Below the pieces are notes generated by a model. The model was not told the origin of the DNA. It saw only the letters and a program-made list of their open reading frames with translations, and searched no databases. From positions 167,136-231,135 of the forward strand of contig JAHEDK010000002.1 of NCBI GenBank assembly GCA_024641245.1: a DNA stretch of 64,000 bases. Reading direction: 5' to 3'. The position numbers and the translations under genes are program-made. Shown here piece by piece: positions 29,020 to 37,811 of the stretch. Position 1 is the stretch's first letter; each line of letters begins with the position of its first letter. This DNA is from Actinomycetes bacterium. GTDB lineage: Bacteria > Actinomycetota > Acidimicrobiia > Spongiisociales > JAHEDJ01.

Positions 29020-30225
29020 TCAGCCCTCGAGGAGATGATCGGGGACGTGGTTCCACTCGAAATGACCGCCGTCCGTGTAGGTCCAACCGCCACCCCAGGC
29101 AAAACCCCATTTCTGAAAGATGGCGGCGATATCAGGATCCATACCGATCCGGCCCCCATATGGGTTGTCACTCGGATTGATGTCGATGGCTATGCCCCAC
29201 GTGTGGCGGGAGACGGCGCCCCCTTTGTCCCCCCCACGGATCAGGCGCGGGTTGAAGCAACCGCCGGCGATCTGGAAATCCTGCCGATCGATGTGCGCCC
29301 ACAGGCCTTCATTGATGAGCTCATCGATAGCGGAGCGCAGATAGGGGACGACGACACGATGGCAGCGGAACGGCCCGAGTAGCGGGAGGGTGACGTTGAC
29401 GATGTTCTCGTCTTTCCATGTCTGGTCAATCACGACCCGATCGCCGTCGCCGGTGGGTCGGTAGGAGAACTCACCGAACTTCTCTTTGACGAGCACCGTC
29501 GGCATGACCCCGTCTGGGTCGGCCGGATCATCGCGACTTGAAATCCTCAGCCTGATGTCGGGAAGGCGTGTCCAGAGATCGATCACGATTTCGTCCTGAG
29601 CGCGAAATCCCCATACCGCCATCGACGACTTGCGCTCGAATCCAAAGGACGCCGCAACGGCCTCTGAGAAGACGAGTTCGCTCCACCAGACGGCCTCGTC
29701 CGGGGCGATGGCGCCTACGACCAATCGCTGCCTCGAGCCGTCCCATCCGACGAACTCGACATCGTCGCCGACCTGTGCACCGCGCAGATTCGCCGACGTC
29801 TCCCCGAATACGAGGGTGCCCGCGCGCAGCGCGGCGGCGACGTCACCTCCGATCAGCGGCGCAGCACGGCCCGGGTCGACCGCCAGCGAGGACATGGGGA
29901 TGAAGTAGCCGGGATCGGGCTCCTGTACGACAACTCCGGCGCGATAGACGCCGGTGAGCTGAATCGTCCCACGATGGAGCGCAACAGATCGAGCACCGTG
30001 CTCCGCTGCCACGCCGACGACAGCCAGTTCGGCTTCTGTTGACAGTCCCCCCGGCTCAGTTACACCGATCACCGCGGATCCCAGGGTCCCGCTGGCGGCG
30101 ACCGCGGGAGCCAGCGGTAGACCGAGAACCATCGCCAGCACCATGGCCACGGAAATCGTCGCACGTAAGTGGATGCCCACCGGACGGGCGAAAGCAGCCG
30201 CCCCGGCTGAAGTCCCGAGTTTCAC
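29020..30225 (-). CDS. secreted M15 family (D-Ala-D-Ala carboxypeptidase/VanY-like) peptidase
   Basis: N-terminal signal/TM segment. The C-terminal motif is SRHTWGIAIDIN...FQKWGFAWGGGWTYTDGGHFEW. Confidence 0.75.
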   Translation of the reverse strand: MKLGTSAGAAAFARPVGIHLRATISVAMVLAMVLGLPLAPAVAASGTLGSAVIGVTEPGGLSTEAELAVVGVAAEHGARSVALHRGTIQLTGVYRAGVVVQEPDPGYFIPMSSLAVDPGRAAPLIGGDVAAALRAGTLVFGETSANLRGAQVGDDVEFVGWDGSRQRLVVGAIAPDEAVWWSELVFSEAVAASFGFERKSSMAVWGFRAQDEIVIDLWTRLPDIRLRISSRDDPADPDGVMPTVLVKEKFGEFSYRPTGDGDRVVIDQTWKDENIVNVTLPLLGPFRCHRVVVPYLRSAIDELINEGLWAHIDRQDFQIAGGCFNPRLIRGGDKGGAVSRHTWGIAIDINPSDNPYGGRIGMDPDIAAIFQKWGFAWGGGWTYTDGGHFEWNHVPDHLLEG

Positions 30226-30264
30226 AAGGCCAGCGTACCCTCCACCAAGTCGACAAGAACTGTT

Positions 30265-30375
30265 TTCTCAGCAATACAAGAGCGCGAAAACGCGCCACAG
30301 CATTGCGGAGAAAGCGTGTAGGAGATTCTCAGCAATACAAGAGCGCGAAAACGCGCCACAGCATTGCGGAGAAAG
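30265..30375. repeat. two perfect 50-bp direct repeats (30265-30314 and 30326-30375) separated by 11 bp
   Basis: Both copies read TTCTCAGCAATACAAGAGCGCGAAAACGCGCCACAGCATTGCGGAGAAAG. Each contains the hairpin GCGCG-aaaa-CGCGC. Confidence 0.95.
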
Positions 30376-30378
30376 TGT

Positions 30379-31620
30379 CTATCTCAGGCGGAATCGGGCG
30401 ACCGTCTCAACATGGAATGATTGCGGGAACATGTCGACCGGAACCGCGTAATCGAGGTTGTAACCCATCTCCCCGAGCAGCCGGGCATCACGGGCCAGGC
30501 TGGCAGGATCACAGGCAACGTACGCGATCGTCCGCGGCGTCGATCTGGTGATCGAAGCAACGCCGTCGGCGCCCAGACCCGACCTAGGTGGATCACAGAC
30601 GACCACCGTCCACTCGCCCCGGGTGAATCCATCAACCGTCGAAGCCACGACCTCCACCTCGATGCCTGCCGTTGCGCGGTTGTGAACAAGGTCGTCGACA
30701 GCCATTCCTGCGGACTCGACCGCCAGCACGCGTCCTGCGCTCCGCCCCACCGTCAAGCTGAAGAGGCCTCCGCCGGCATACGCATCGAGCAATGTGTCAG
30801 CAGGCGTGACCCCGAGGGCAGCACGTACGAGGTCCACCAGAACTTCCGCGCCCGCAGTGTTGTTCTGAAAGAAAGCCGAAGCCGTCACCCGGAACGCCGT
30901 GTCACCAATCGTCTCTCTGAGAAAGGGATCACCGCTGATCGCTTCGGGGCGCCCCCGCCTGACCCTGCACACCGGGAACGACCAATCGTGTGCGGCCTCA
31001 GGAACGGGGCCCGACACGACCGCCAACCGATCACCGGTATTGATCCCCGCCCGAAGAGTGACGCGATGCATCGGACTGAGGTCGCCCATCTCATCGAGCA
31101 TGGCGCGGAGGGGCTCCGCCAGCAGCGGGCATTCATCCAGCATCTCGAGCTCGCGCGTGCGCCGAAGGTGCAGGGCGGGTCGACCTTGTTGAACGCGGAA
31201 GTCCATTCGATTTCGATAGCCGAACGCAGGGCCGGGCGTCACCGTCTGGCGAACATCGGGATCGTCGATCTTCCCGAGGTGGCGCAGTTGGCCGATCACA
31301 ACGCCGCGTTTCCACACCGCCTGGATCTCACGGGCGGCGAACTGCCACTGGCACCCACCGCAGCGACCGAAGTGCCGACAGGCCGGGGCTATTCGATCTT
31401 CGGAAGGTTCCACGATCGACAGGAGCGCAGCTCGCGACCAGGAACCGCGCTCTTCGAGGACCTCGACATCAACGACTTCCTCGGGAAGCGCGCCGTCCAC
31501 AAACACGGCTTTTCCGTCGAGGCGGCCGACGGCCTCACCTCCGTGCGCCATGTCGTGAATGCGGATCGTGGTCAGGGCAACACCTCGTCGAGGATCTCCA
31601 CCAGCGAACCCTGCAGCCAC
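30379..31620 (-). CDS. TRAM-domain class I SAM-dependent RNA (uracil-5-)-methyltransferase (RlmD/RumA family)
   Basis: N-terminal TRAM domain, Fe-S Cys cluster (CRHFGRCGGCQWQ), SAM motif (LDAYAGGGLF), and C-terminal catalytic YVACDP. Confidence 0.85.
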   Translation of the reverse strand: MAAGFAGGDPRRGVALTTIRIHDMAHGGEAVGRLDGKAVFVDGALPEEVVDVEVLEERGSWSRAALLSIVEPSEDRIAPACRHFGRCGGCQWQFAAREIQAVWKRGVVIGQLRHLGKIDDPDVRQTVTPGPAFGYRNRMDFRVQQGRPALHLRRTRELEMLDECPLLAEPLRAMLDEMGDLSPMHRVTLRAGINTGDRLAVVSGPVPEAAHDWSFPVCRVRRGRPEAISGDPFLRETIGDTAFRVTASAFFQNNTAGAEVLVDLVRAALGVTPADTLLDAYAGGGLFSLTVGRSAGRVLAVESAGMAVDDLVHNRATAGIEVEVVASTVDGFTRGEWTVVVCDPPRSGLGADGVASITRSTPRTIAYVACDPASLARDARLLGEMGYNLDYAVPVDMFPQSFHVETVARFRLR

Positions 31621-32024
31621 GACAAGTAGTCGAAGAGCGCCTGATCCGATTCCCGCTCAGCGCCGCCGGGTAGCTCTGCGCGCGCCGATTGCACGAGACG
31701 CGCTTCGGTCAATACCCGAAGCCACGCCTCCGCCTCCGCGGTGGAAAGCACAACACCCTCGACGCCTCCTTCCACGGTCAGCGCGAAGGCGGATCGATCG
31801 GCCGCCCGACCGTGCTGCAGTTCGCTCTCCAACAGCCGGCAGAACTCGGCGTCGGCTTCGTCATCAAGGGGATACGCCCGCAACGCCAGGCGCTCGGCCG
31901 CCGGATCCGGGTCGAACCTGCCAACAGAATCGAGCAAGGTCGGGACGAGTGATAGCAACTCGACTTCCCAGGGAGCCAGCGTCATTCGGACCCCACCCGC
32001 GCACGGCGCAAAAGGTTCACTCAT
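31572..32024 (-). CDS. DUF2017 domain protein
   Basis: Acidic ~150-aa protein directly downstream of and overlapping clpS. This is the usual actinobacterial clpS-DUF2017 pairing, as far as I recall. Confidence 0.65.
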   Translation of the reverse strand: MSEPFAPCAGGVRMTLAPWEVELLSLVPTLLDSVGRFDPDPAAERLALRAYPLDDEADAEFCRLLESELQHGRAADRSAFALTVEGGVEGVVLSTAEAEAWLRVLTEARLVQSARAELPGGAERESDQALFDYLSWLQGSLVEILDEVLP

Positions 32025-32251
32025 GCCCGCTCCAGCGTTGCGTCTAGGCCATGGACTCTTAGCCGGAAGCAGGTCAGTTCAACGTGTTCGCGGGCACCGG
32101 CGGCCACGGCGGCGCTCCCGCGGCGGTGAATGTCGAGCATCAGAGAAGTGGCATCGCTCCTGGTCAGATTGAGAAGGCGCCGGAAAACATAGGCAACGTA
32201 GGCGGCCAGATTGACCTCGTCGTTCCACACGATCACATTCCACGTTTCCAT
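32021..32251 (-). CDS. clpS: ATP-dependent Clp protease adaptor ClpS
   Basis: WNVIVWNDEVNLAAYVAYVFRRLLNL...A..LMLDIHRRGSAAV matches the ClpS core. Confidence 0.9.
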   Translation of the reverse strand: METWNVIVWNDEVNLAAYVAYVFRRLLNLTRSDATSLMLDIHRRGSAAVAAGAREHVELTCFRLRVHGLDATLERA

Positions 32252-32260
32252 ACCGCGACG

Positions 32261-32515
32261 CTAGTGGACTGGTGGGCGGCGGGTCGCCGGCTGCGCCGGC
32301 GGCTGTAGGCATCTCGCCACCGCCCGCACCCGCGACTCTTCGATCGACATCTCGAAATCGACGCGCGCCACCCGCCATTCCCGGCCGAACTTGACGGCAG
32401 GCAGACGACCGGAACGCAGCACACCGGACACGACGAAGGTCGACACATCCATGCAGTAACAGATATCGGCAACCGACAACCATTCTCTGGCAATAGCAAC
32501 CTCGATGTGATTCAT
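32261..32515 (-). CDS. excisionase/MerR-type helix-turn-helix DNA-binding protein
   Basis: LSVADICYCMDVSTFVVSGVLRSGRLPAVKFGREWRV is an HTH_17-like motif. I prefer ATG 32515. Confidence 0.65.
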   Translation of the reverse strand: MNHIEVAIAREWLSVADICYCMDVSTFVVSGVLRSGRLPAVKFGREWRVARVDFEMSIEESRVRAVARCLQPPAQPATRRPPVH

Positions 32516-32639
32516 AGCGCCAGGCGCAGTCCCGCCGGCGGCTCTACGGCAAGCGCCGCTCACCTCGCGAAAACCCACCTTCACTCATTCCTCATCGACA
32601 CTGTTGTATATCGTATTCTATCGCTATCTGCCCTCAAGG

Positions 32640-32957
32640 ATGCACAGCATGGATCCACTAAGACATCCGGACCTCATCGAAGTATCTCGCCACCTTCGCC
32701 GGCAATGGGAACGAGTAGTCGAAGCAGAGCAGGCGGCCGCCCGGGCAACGTGGTTACGCCGGCGCACGCTGAGAGATCGCCTGATCGACGCCGAGGACCG
32801 TGGAGAGCAAGCAACCCTTTGGTGCATTGACGGCCGGGCCTCCACCGGCCTCGTGGGTGCGGTCGGTTCGGATCATGTCGTGTTACTCACAGGCGATCGG
32901 AGCCGTTTCGTCCTCCTGCACCAGATCGTCGCGGCCGGATTCGAAGCCGCCGAATGA
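32640..32957 (+). CDS. hypothetical protein
   Basis: ORF coupled by ATGA overlap to the following ParA-like gene. No family recognised. Confidence 0.35.
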   Translation: MHSMDPLRHPDLIEVSRHLRRQWERVVEAEQAAARATWLRRRTLRDRLIDAEDRGEQATLWCIDGRASTGLVGAVGSDHVVLLTGDRSRFVLLHQIVAAGFEAAE

Positions 32958-33988
32958 ACCGCCCACGCATGGCCACGGTCCTGTCGGCGCGGGAATGGGA
33001 GCCGAGGCTGGTAGATGCAGCCCGGCGCGATCCGATCGTGAGGATCGTGCGTCGGGCGTATGAACCACAAGACCTGGAGCGCGCCGCACCACTCGACATC
33101 GTGGTGGTTGGATCCGAAACCTCATGGATAACATCCAATCGGATCCGGTTGATACGCCGGAGCGGAACGCACGTCATCGGCGTCTATCCAACAGGCGACG
33201 GACCTGGGCACGAACTCCTTCGTCGAGGCGGCGTCGACGTCGCATTGCCGGACACAACCACCCCGGAAGACCTGTTGAGTGCAGCGTCGGTGGTCGCGGC
33301 GCAGTCCCTAGCTCCGGTAGGCCGGGGCCGGCTCATCTCAGTCACGGGCCCGAGGGGGGCTCCGGGTCGAACAGAAATCGCCGTCTCCGTCGCGTACGCC
33401 ATCGCCGAACGCATCTCGACCGCGATCGTCGACCTCGACACCGAAGCCCCCGGGGTCACCTTCCGGATGGGGTTCGAACCCGGCGCCAACCTCATTGATA
33501 TCGCCGACGCCATCCGCACGACAGATCGACTCGTGGCACGGGATATCCGCCCGAACCTGACGGCGATCGGTGGGCCCGTCCCGCTCCGGACCGACCCCTC
33601 AAACAGGCTCGGAATCGCCGCACTCCTCGACGCCGTCCTGGCAGCATTCCCAGTCACCGTTGCGGATATCGGGCCGTGGAGGCCGGATCACTCGATCCTG
33701 GCCACCAGCGACGCGGCCGTCGTTGTATGTGACGCCTCCCCCATGAGTCTCATCAGAGCAGTGCAGTTCGTTCGCGACTGGGAGGGGCCAATTCCATACG
33801 TTGTCATCAATCGCGTCGGATCTGCGCAGGAGGAGGACATTCTTCGTTCTGCAAGAAGAGCAATGGGATTGGAGCCCCACACCCTCATTCCTGAGCTCTC
33901 GATTATCGATGGACGGGAAGGGCCGGCGCTCCGGCATCTCCTCGAATCCCTCGCAATCGACCTCCTGGCCGGCCCGCTCGATCTATGA
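32954..33988 (+). CDS. ParA/MinD-like (Ssd/CpaE/TadZ-like) protein with degenerate Walker A
   Basis: N-terminal receiver-like domain followed by a ParA-like domain. The segment ISVTGPRGAPGRTEIAVSVAYAIA occupies the P-loop position but lacks the signature lysines. Confidence 0.55.
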   Translation: MNRPRMATVLSAREWEPRLVDAARRDPIVRIVRRAYEPQDLERAAPLDIVVVGSETSWITSNRIRLIRRSGTHVIGVYPTGDGPGHELLRRGGVDVALPDTTTPEDLLSAASVVAAQSLAPVGRGRLISVTGPRGAPGRTEIAVSVAYAIAERISTAIVDLDTEAPGVTFRMGFEPGANLIDIADAIRTTDRLVARDIRPNLTAIGGPVPLRTDPSNRLGIAALLDAVLAAFPVTVADIGPWRPDHSILATSDAAVVVCDASPMSLIRAVQFVRDWEGPIPYVVINRVGSAQEEDILRSARRAMGLEPHTLIPELSIIDGREGPALRHLLESLAIDLLAGPLDL

Positions 33989-34101
33989 TCGGCGACGGCC
34001 CGGAGTCACAACTTCAAGGGCCGTTGGACCCTGTGCCGCGTTGACCTTTGGCAATACGGTGAAGGGCGGAGAGGAACAACTCAACTACATCGGGAGCCGC
34101 T

Positions 34102-34584
34102 GTGGCAGGAATGAGCCGTCGGACTTTCTTGAGTCGCGCCACCGCGTCGATTGTCGGCGGGATCGGCGCGCTGATGGGCATCCCCACGGTTGCCTATCTC
34201 ATTTCTCCTGCCAAGGCTCGCGGTGGTCTTGGAGTCGAGGCGATCCCGCTCGGGCCTACCAACAAAGTGCCAATCGGGGAACCCACCCTCTTCAAAGCAA
34301 CCATCGAGCGCAAGACCGGATGGGTCACGCAGGCCGAAGAGCTCGCCTTCTACGTCTTCACAGAAGACGGGCGCAACTTCACGGCACTGTCCAACGTTTG
34401 CACGCACCTTGGCTGCCGGGTGCGGTGGGTCGGCAACGAGAAACAGTTCTTCTGCCCTTGCCACAATGCCGTCTTCACCGAAACCGGGAAAGTGGTTTCG
34501 GGCCCACCGCCCAGAGCCCTAGACCAGTACGAGCTGTCGGTTGAAGGTGACCAGTTGTTCGTCGTCGGGAAGGTCGAAGCATGA
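34102..34584 (+). CDS. qcrA: Rieske [2Fe-2S] subunit, complex 1 (Tat signal)
   Basis: Twin-arginine signal MSRRTFLSRA. The Rieske boxes are CTHLGC and CPCHNAVF. Confidence 0.9.
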   Translation: MAGMSRRTFLSRATASIVGGIGALMGIPTVAYLISPAKARGGLGVEAIPLGPTNKVPIGEPTLFKATIERKTGWVTQAEELAFYVFTEDGRNFTALSNVCTHLGCRVRWVGNEKQFFCPCHNAVFTETGKVVSGPPPRALDQYELSVEGDQLFVVGKVEA

Positions 34585-35270
34585 TCCAGAAGCTCAGTGC
34601 TTGGTTCGAAGAGCGGATGGGATGGAAGCCGATCTGGACGGCACTGGCGCTCCGCAACATCCCCAAGGTCAACTGGCTGTACACGCTGGGCAGCGCCACG
34701 CTCCTCGTCACAGTGAACCAGATTCTGACCGGCATCCTCCTCACCATCTACTACGTCCCCAGCCCTCAGGATGCCTACAACAGCGTTGCCTTCATAACGA
34801 ACGAGATCACTGCCGGCTGGCTCATCAGAGGGCTGCATCATTGGGGTGCCAGTGCGATGGTCGTCCTGGCCGGACTCCACATGCTGCGGGTGGTCTTCCA
34901 CGGCGCCTATAAGTTCCCCCGCGAAATCACCTGGTTCACCGGACTCGGCCTCCTGGCCGTGACGATGGCCTTCGGATTCACCGGGTACTTGCTGCCGTGG
35001 GATCAGAAGGCTTACTGGGCTACCACGGTGGGTACCCGAATGCTGGAGGTGACACCCGTCATCGGTGATTGGCTGCTCCGGATCGCCCGCGGTGGGGAAG
35101 AGCTGTCGGCCGTGACGCTCACCCGGTTCTACGGAACCCATGTATGGGTGCTCCCGTCGGTGCTCCTGCTACTCCTGGGTATCCACCTCTTTCTGGTCGT
35201 CCGCGTCGGCATCAGCGCACCTCCGACACCCAAGGAGACAGACGAGAAGCCCAAAGTGTGGTTCGAATAA
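34581..35270 (+). CDS. qcrB: cytochrome b6-type subunit, complex 1 (four-helix, split cytochrome b)
   Basis: The haem ligand pairs are LHHWGASAMVVLAGLH (i/i+14) and THVWVLPSVLLLLLGIH (i/i+15), as in b6/Bacillus QcrB. Overlaps the Rieske gene by 4 bp. Confidence 0.9.
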   Translation: MIQKLSAWFEERMGWKPIWTALALRNIPKVNWLYTLGSATLLVTVNQILTGILLTIYYVPSPQDAYNSVAFITNEITAGWLIRGLHHWGASAMVVLAGLHMLRVVFHGAYKFPREITWFTGLGLLAVTMAFGFTGYLLPWDQKAYWATTVGTRMLEVTPVIGDWLLRIARGGEELSAVTLTRFYGTHVWVLPSVLLLLLGIHLFLVVRVGISAPPTPKETDEKPKVWFE

Positions 35271-37669
35271 TGAAACGCGAAGAACGCTCCAAATACCTCG
35301 AGGAGTACGCAGAGGACAAGAAGAAGGGCATCCCGTTCTTCCCGGACGCCGTGTTCAAGGACGTCCTGGTTGCATTGATCGTGTTGATCATTCTCATCGG
35401 CCTCGCCTACTTCGCAGGCGCCCCGCTCGAAGAACGTGCGAATCCATCCGACAGCGACTACACACCTCGACCGGAGTGGTACTTCCTCTGGCTCTTCCAA
35501 CTGCTCAAGTACTTTCCGGGCAACCTCGAGTTCGTCGGCGTCATCCTCCTGCCTGCCCTCGGATTCGCCATCCTCTTCGCCATGCCGTACCTGGACAGGA
35601 CCAAGCTCCGTCACTTCCGCAACCGCAGTTGGGTGATGGCATCAACCGGCGTCGCCGTGGTAGCCATGGGGTTTCTCACAGTCCAATCCATCAGGGAGAC
35701 CCCGGCGCCGGCCGACGTGAGCGGCACCATCAACGCCGCCGTTCTCTTCACCGAGAATTGCTCCGTATGCCACGGCACATCGATCGATGTCCCGACCGGG
35801 ATAAACCTGCATGAGACGATTGCCGGGGGTCACGAGGGGATGCCGGCCTTCGCAGCCACTCTGTCGACCGATGAAATCGATGCCCTCGCAGGATTCCTGG
35901 TCTCTCCGCAGGGAGGGGCGATATTCACCGCCAACTGCGCGGCATGCCACGATTCGAGTGACCTCGCCGCCGCCACCCCGTTCCAGCTCCAGGACGCCCT
36001 GAATCAAGGCACCGCCTACGCGCCGCATGATGGACTCGACATACCCGACTGGTCCGAGGTCCTCTTCGGCCAGGATCGAACCGCGCTCCTCAACTTCTTG
36101 CTTGCTCCGGACGGCCAGCGCCTCTACACGCTCTACTGCTCCGAATGTCACGGAACCTCGATCAGCTGGGAAGGGGAACGAGACGAACTCGAAGCGCTCA
36201 TCCGCCAGGGCGGCAACCACCTCGAGATGACCCAGTGGAGGGACGTGCTGCCGGAGGACCAGATCACCGAACTCGCTCTGTTCGTCGTCGAACCATCCAC
36301 GGCTCCCGGGGGCGAGCAACTGTTTGCACAGCACTGCTCGAGTTGTCACGGCGTGCGGGTGCCGAGCGCTCCCGACATAGAAACCGCCTACAACATCATC
36401 GCCGACGGTGCAGAGCACCGATCGATGCCTGTCTGGGGCGACGTTCTCACCGAGGAGCAGCTAACCGCACTCACAACCTACACGCTCGAAGCCAGTCGCG
36501 GCACACCGGTCATCGTCGGCCAGCAACTGTTCGGTCAATTGTGCTCGTCGTGCCACGGTGACTTCGGTGAAGGCGGCCCGAACCCCGCCGACCCCATCAG
36601 AATCATCCCTCCGATCAGTACGGCGAGCTATTTGGAGACCCGGGACGACGCCACGTTGCGCGCCATCATCTCAAAGGGTCAGTCGGACCAGGGCATGTCG
36701 CCTTTCCTGGAGAGCGAAGGTGGACCGCTGACCGAGGACGAGGTGAATGCCGTGGTTGCGTTCCTCCGTTCGTGGGAATCGGATCCGCCGGTCGATTTGC
36801 CGCCCGATCTTGCCCGTGGACCCGTCGCGGGTGGAAGCGTGCAGGTGTATGCGGCGTTCTGCGCCCAATGCCACGGAGCAGATGGGGCAGGCGGCCCCGA
36901 TTTGGTCGGTCCTTCCTTGACCTCGGCAGAATTCCAGGATTCCTTCACCGATGAGCAACTGCACGAGGCCATCGACCTCGGCCATGCTGCTACTTCGATG
37001 ATCGCCTGGGGCGAGGTCCTCACCGCCGATCAGATCCAGGGACTCGTCGACCACATCCGCTCGCTGGGCGGACGCGGTACCCTGCAGACGATCGTCTACG
37101 AACGCGACATTGCTCCGATCTTCCAGGCGTCTTGCGCCGGTTGCCACGGGTCGTCGGGGGGTTGGGATGCATCCACCATGGAGTCCGTGATCGGCAGCGG
37201 AAGCAGCGGGCCGGCCGTCGTCGCCGGCGATCCCGACGGGAGTCATCTCGTGCAGCGCCTTCGTGGCGAGGGCAACTTGATGCCCCCGGCCGGAGCGCTG
37301 CCGGACAACCAACTCGATCTGATCGTGCAATGGATTGCCGGGGGAGCAACCGCCGAAGTGACAACAGGCGACGCGCAATCCGGCGGCGGCGACATCGGTG
37401 ATTACACGTGGACGAAGGATGTCCAGCCGATCCTGCAGGCCAGTTGCGCGGCCTGCCACGGATCGTCCGGGGGTTGGTACGCGGGGACGTACAGCTCCAC
37501 GATCAACAGCGGCGACAGCGGTCCGGCCGTCGTCCCTGGGAATGCCGACGACAGTTCGATGATCCAACGACTGCTCGGCAACGGCAACCTGATGCCGCCG
37601 GGAGCTCCGCTTTCGGAAGAACAGATCGCCGTCCTGATCTACTGGGTCAACAGCGGCGCCAAGGAATAG
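35270..37669 (+). CDS. qcrC: subunit IV (cytochrome b C-terminal, PEWY) fused to eight cytochrome c domains (six class-I-like plus two PSCyt1-like)
   Basis: ATG 35270 overlaps the cytochrome b TAA stop. The N-terminus has three TM helices with RPEWYFLWLFQLLKYF. Eight CXXCH motifs follow: CSVCH, CAACH, CSECH, CSSCH, CSSCH, CAQCH, CAGCH, CAACH. The last two domains have the 'planctomycete cytochrome c' pattern (CxxCHG...GPAVV.G.....S.L.QRL......MPP...L....I..WI..GA). Confidence 0.85.
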   Translation: MKREERSKYLEEYAEDKKKGIPFFPDAVFKDVLVALIVLIILIGLAYFAGAPLEERANPSDSDYTPRPEWYFLWLFQLLKYFPGNLEFVGVILLPALGFAILFAMPYLDRTKLRHFRNRSWVMASTGVAVVAMGFLTVQSIRETPAPADVSGTINAAVLFTENCSVCHGTSIDVPTGINLHETIAGGHEGMPAFAATLSTDEIDALAGFLVSPQGGAIFTANCAACHDSSDLAAATPFQLQDALNQGTAYAPHDGLDIPDWSEVLFGQDRTALLNFLLAPDGQRLYTLYCSECHGTSISWEGERDELEALIRQGGNHLEMTQWRDVLPEDQITELALFVVEPSTAPGGEQLFAQHCSSCHGVRVPSAPDIETAYNIIADGAEHRSMPVWGDVLTEEQLTALTTYTLEASRGTPVIVGQQLFGQLCSSCHGDFGEGGPNPADPIRIIPPISTASYLETRDDATLRAIISKGQSDQGMSPFLESEGGPLTEDEVNAVVAFLRSWESDPPVDLPPDLARGPVAGGSVQVYAAFCAQCHGADGAGGPDLVGPSLTSAEFQDSFTDEQLHEAIDLGHAATSMIAWGEVLTADQIQGLVDHIRSLGGRGTLQTIVYERDIAPIFQASCAGCHGSSGGWDASTMESVIGSGSSGPAVVAGDPDGSHLVQRLRGEGNLMPPAGALPDNQLDLIVQWIAGGATAEVTTGDAQSGGGDIGDYTWTKDVQPILQASCAACHGSSGGWYAGTYSSTINSGDSGPAVVPGNADDSSMIQRLLGNGNLMPPGAPLSEEQIAVLIYWVNSGAKE

Positions 37670-37811
37670 TCAATACGAAGCACTCAACACGAGGTGCGGC
37701 GTTCGGCCCGTCGCGATTCGACACTCCGTCGGGTCGGGTTGCTACTCTCCACCGCACCCCGGCGCCGAGCCGGGAGTCGTACAGTAGGGTGTCGACGACG
37801 GAGCATCTGGT

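Noticed and set aside
30265-30375. Possible mini-CRISPR array
   Set aside because: There are only two repeat copies, an 11-bp 'spacer', no cas genes in the window, and a 50-bp repeat length that is atypical. It is reported as a direct repeat instead.
32261-32515. Excisionase-type HTH as a sign of a prophage or integrative element
   Set aside because: No integrase, recombinase, att-like repeats, tRNA or phage genes are nearby. The flanking genes (clpS, ParA-like) are chromosomal housekeeping types.
35069-35269. N-terminal extensions of track ORFs. They occur at 35069, 39536, 40182, 40775, 41307, 46753, 49527, 58093, 24410, 8200, 27907-28062, 29015-29110 and 52709-52912.
   Set aside because: The extensions overlap the preceding gene in another frame and look non-coding. 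Internal ATG/GTG/TTG starts give ATGA/GTGA-type coupling, proper signal, Tat or lipobox N-termini and RBSs. I used the shorter gene models.
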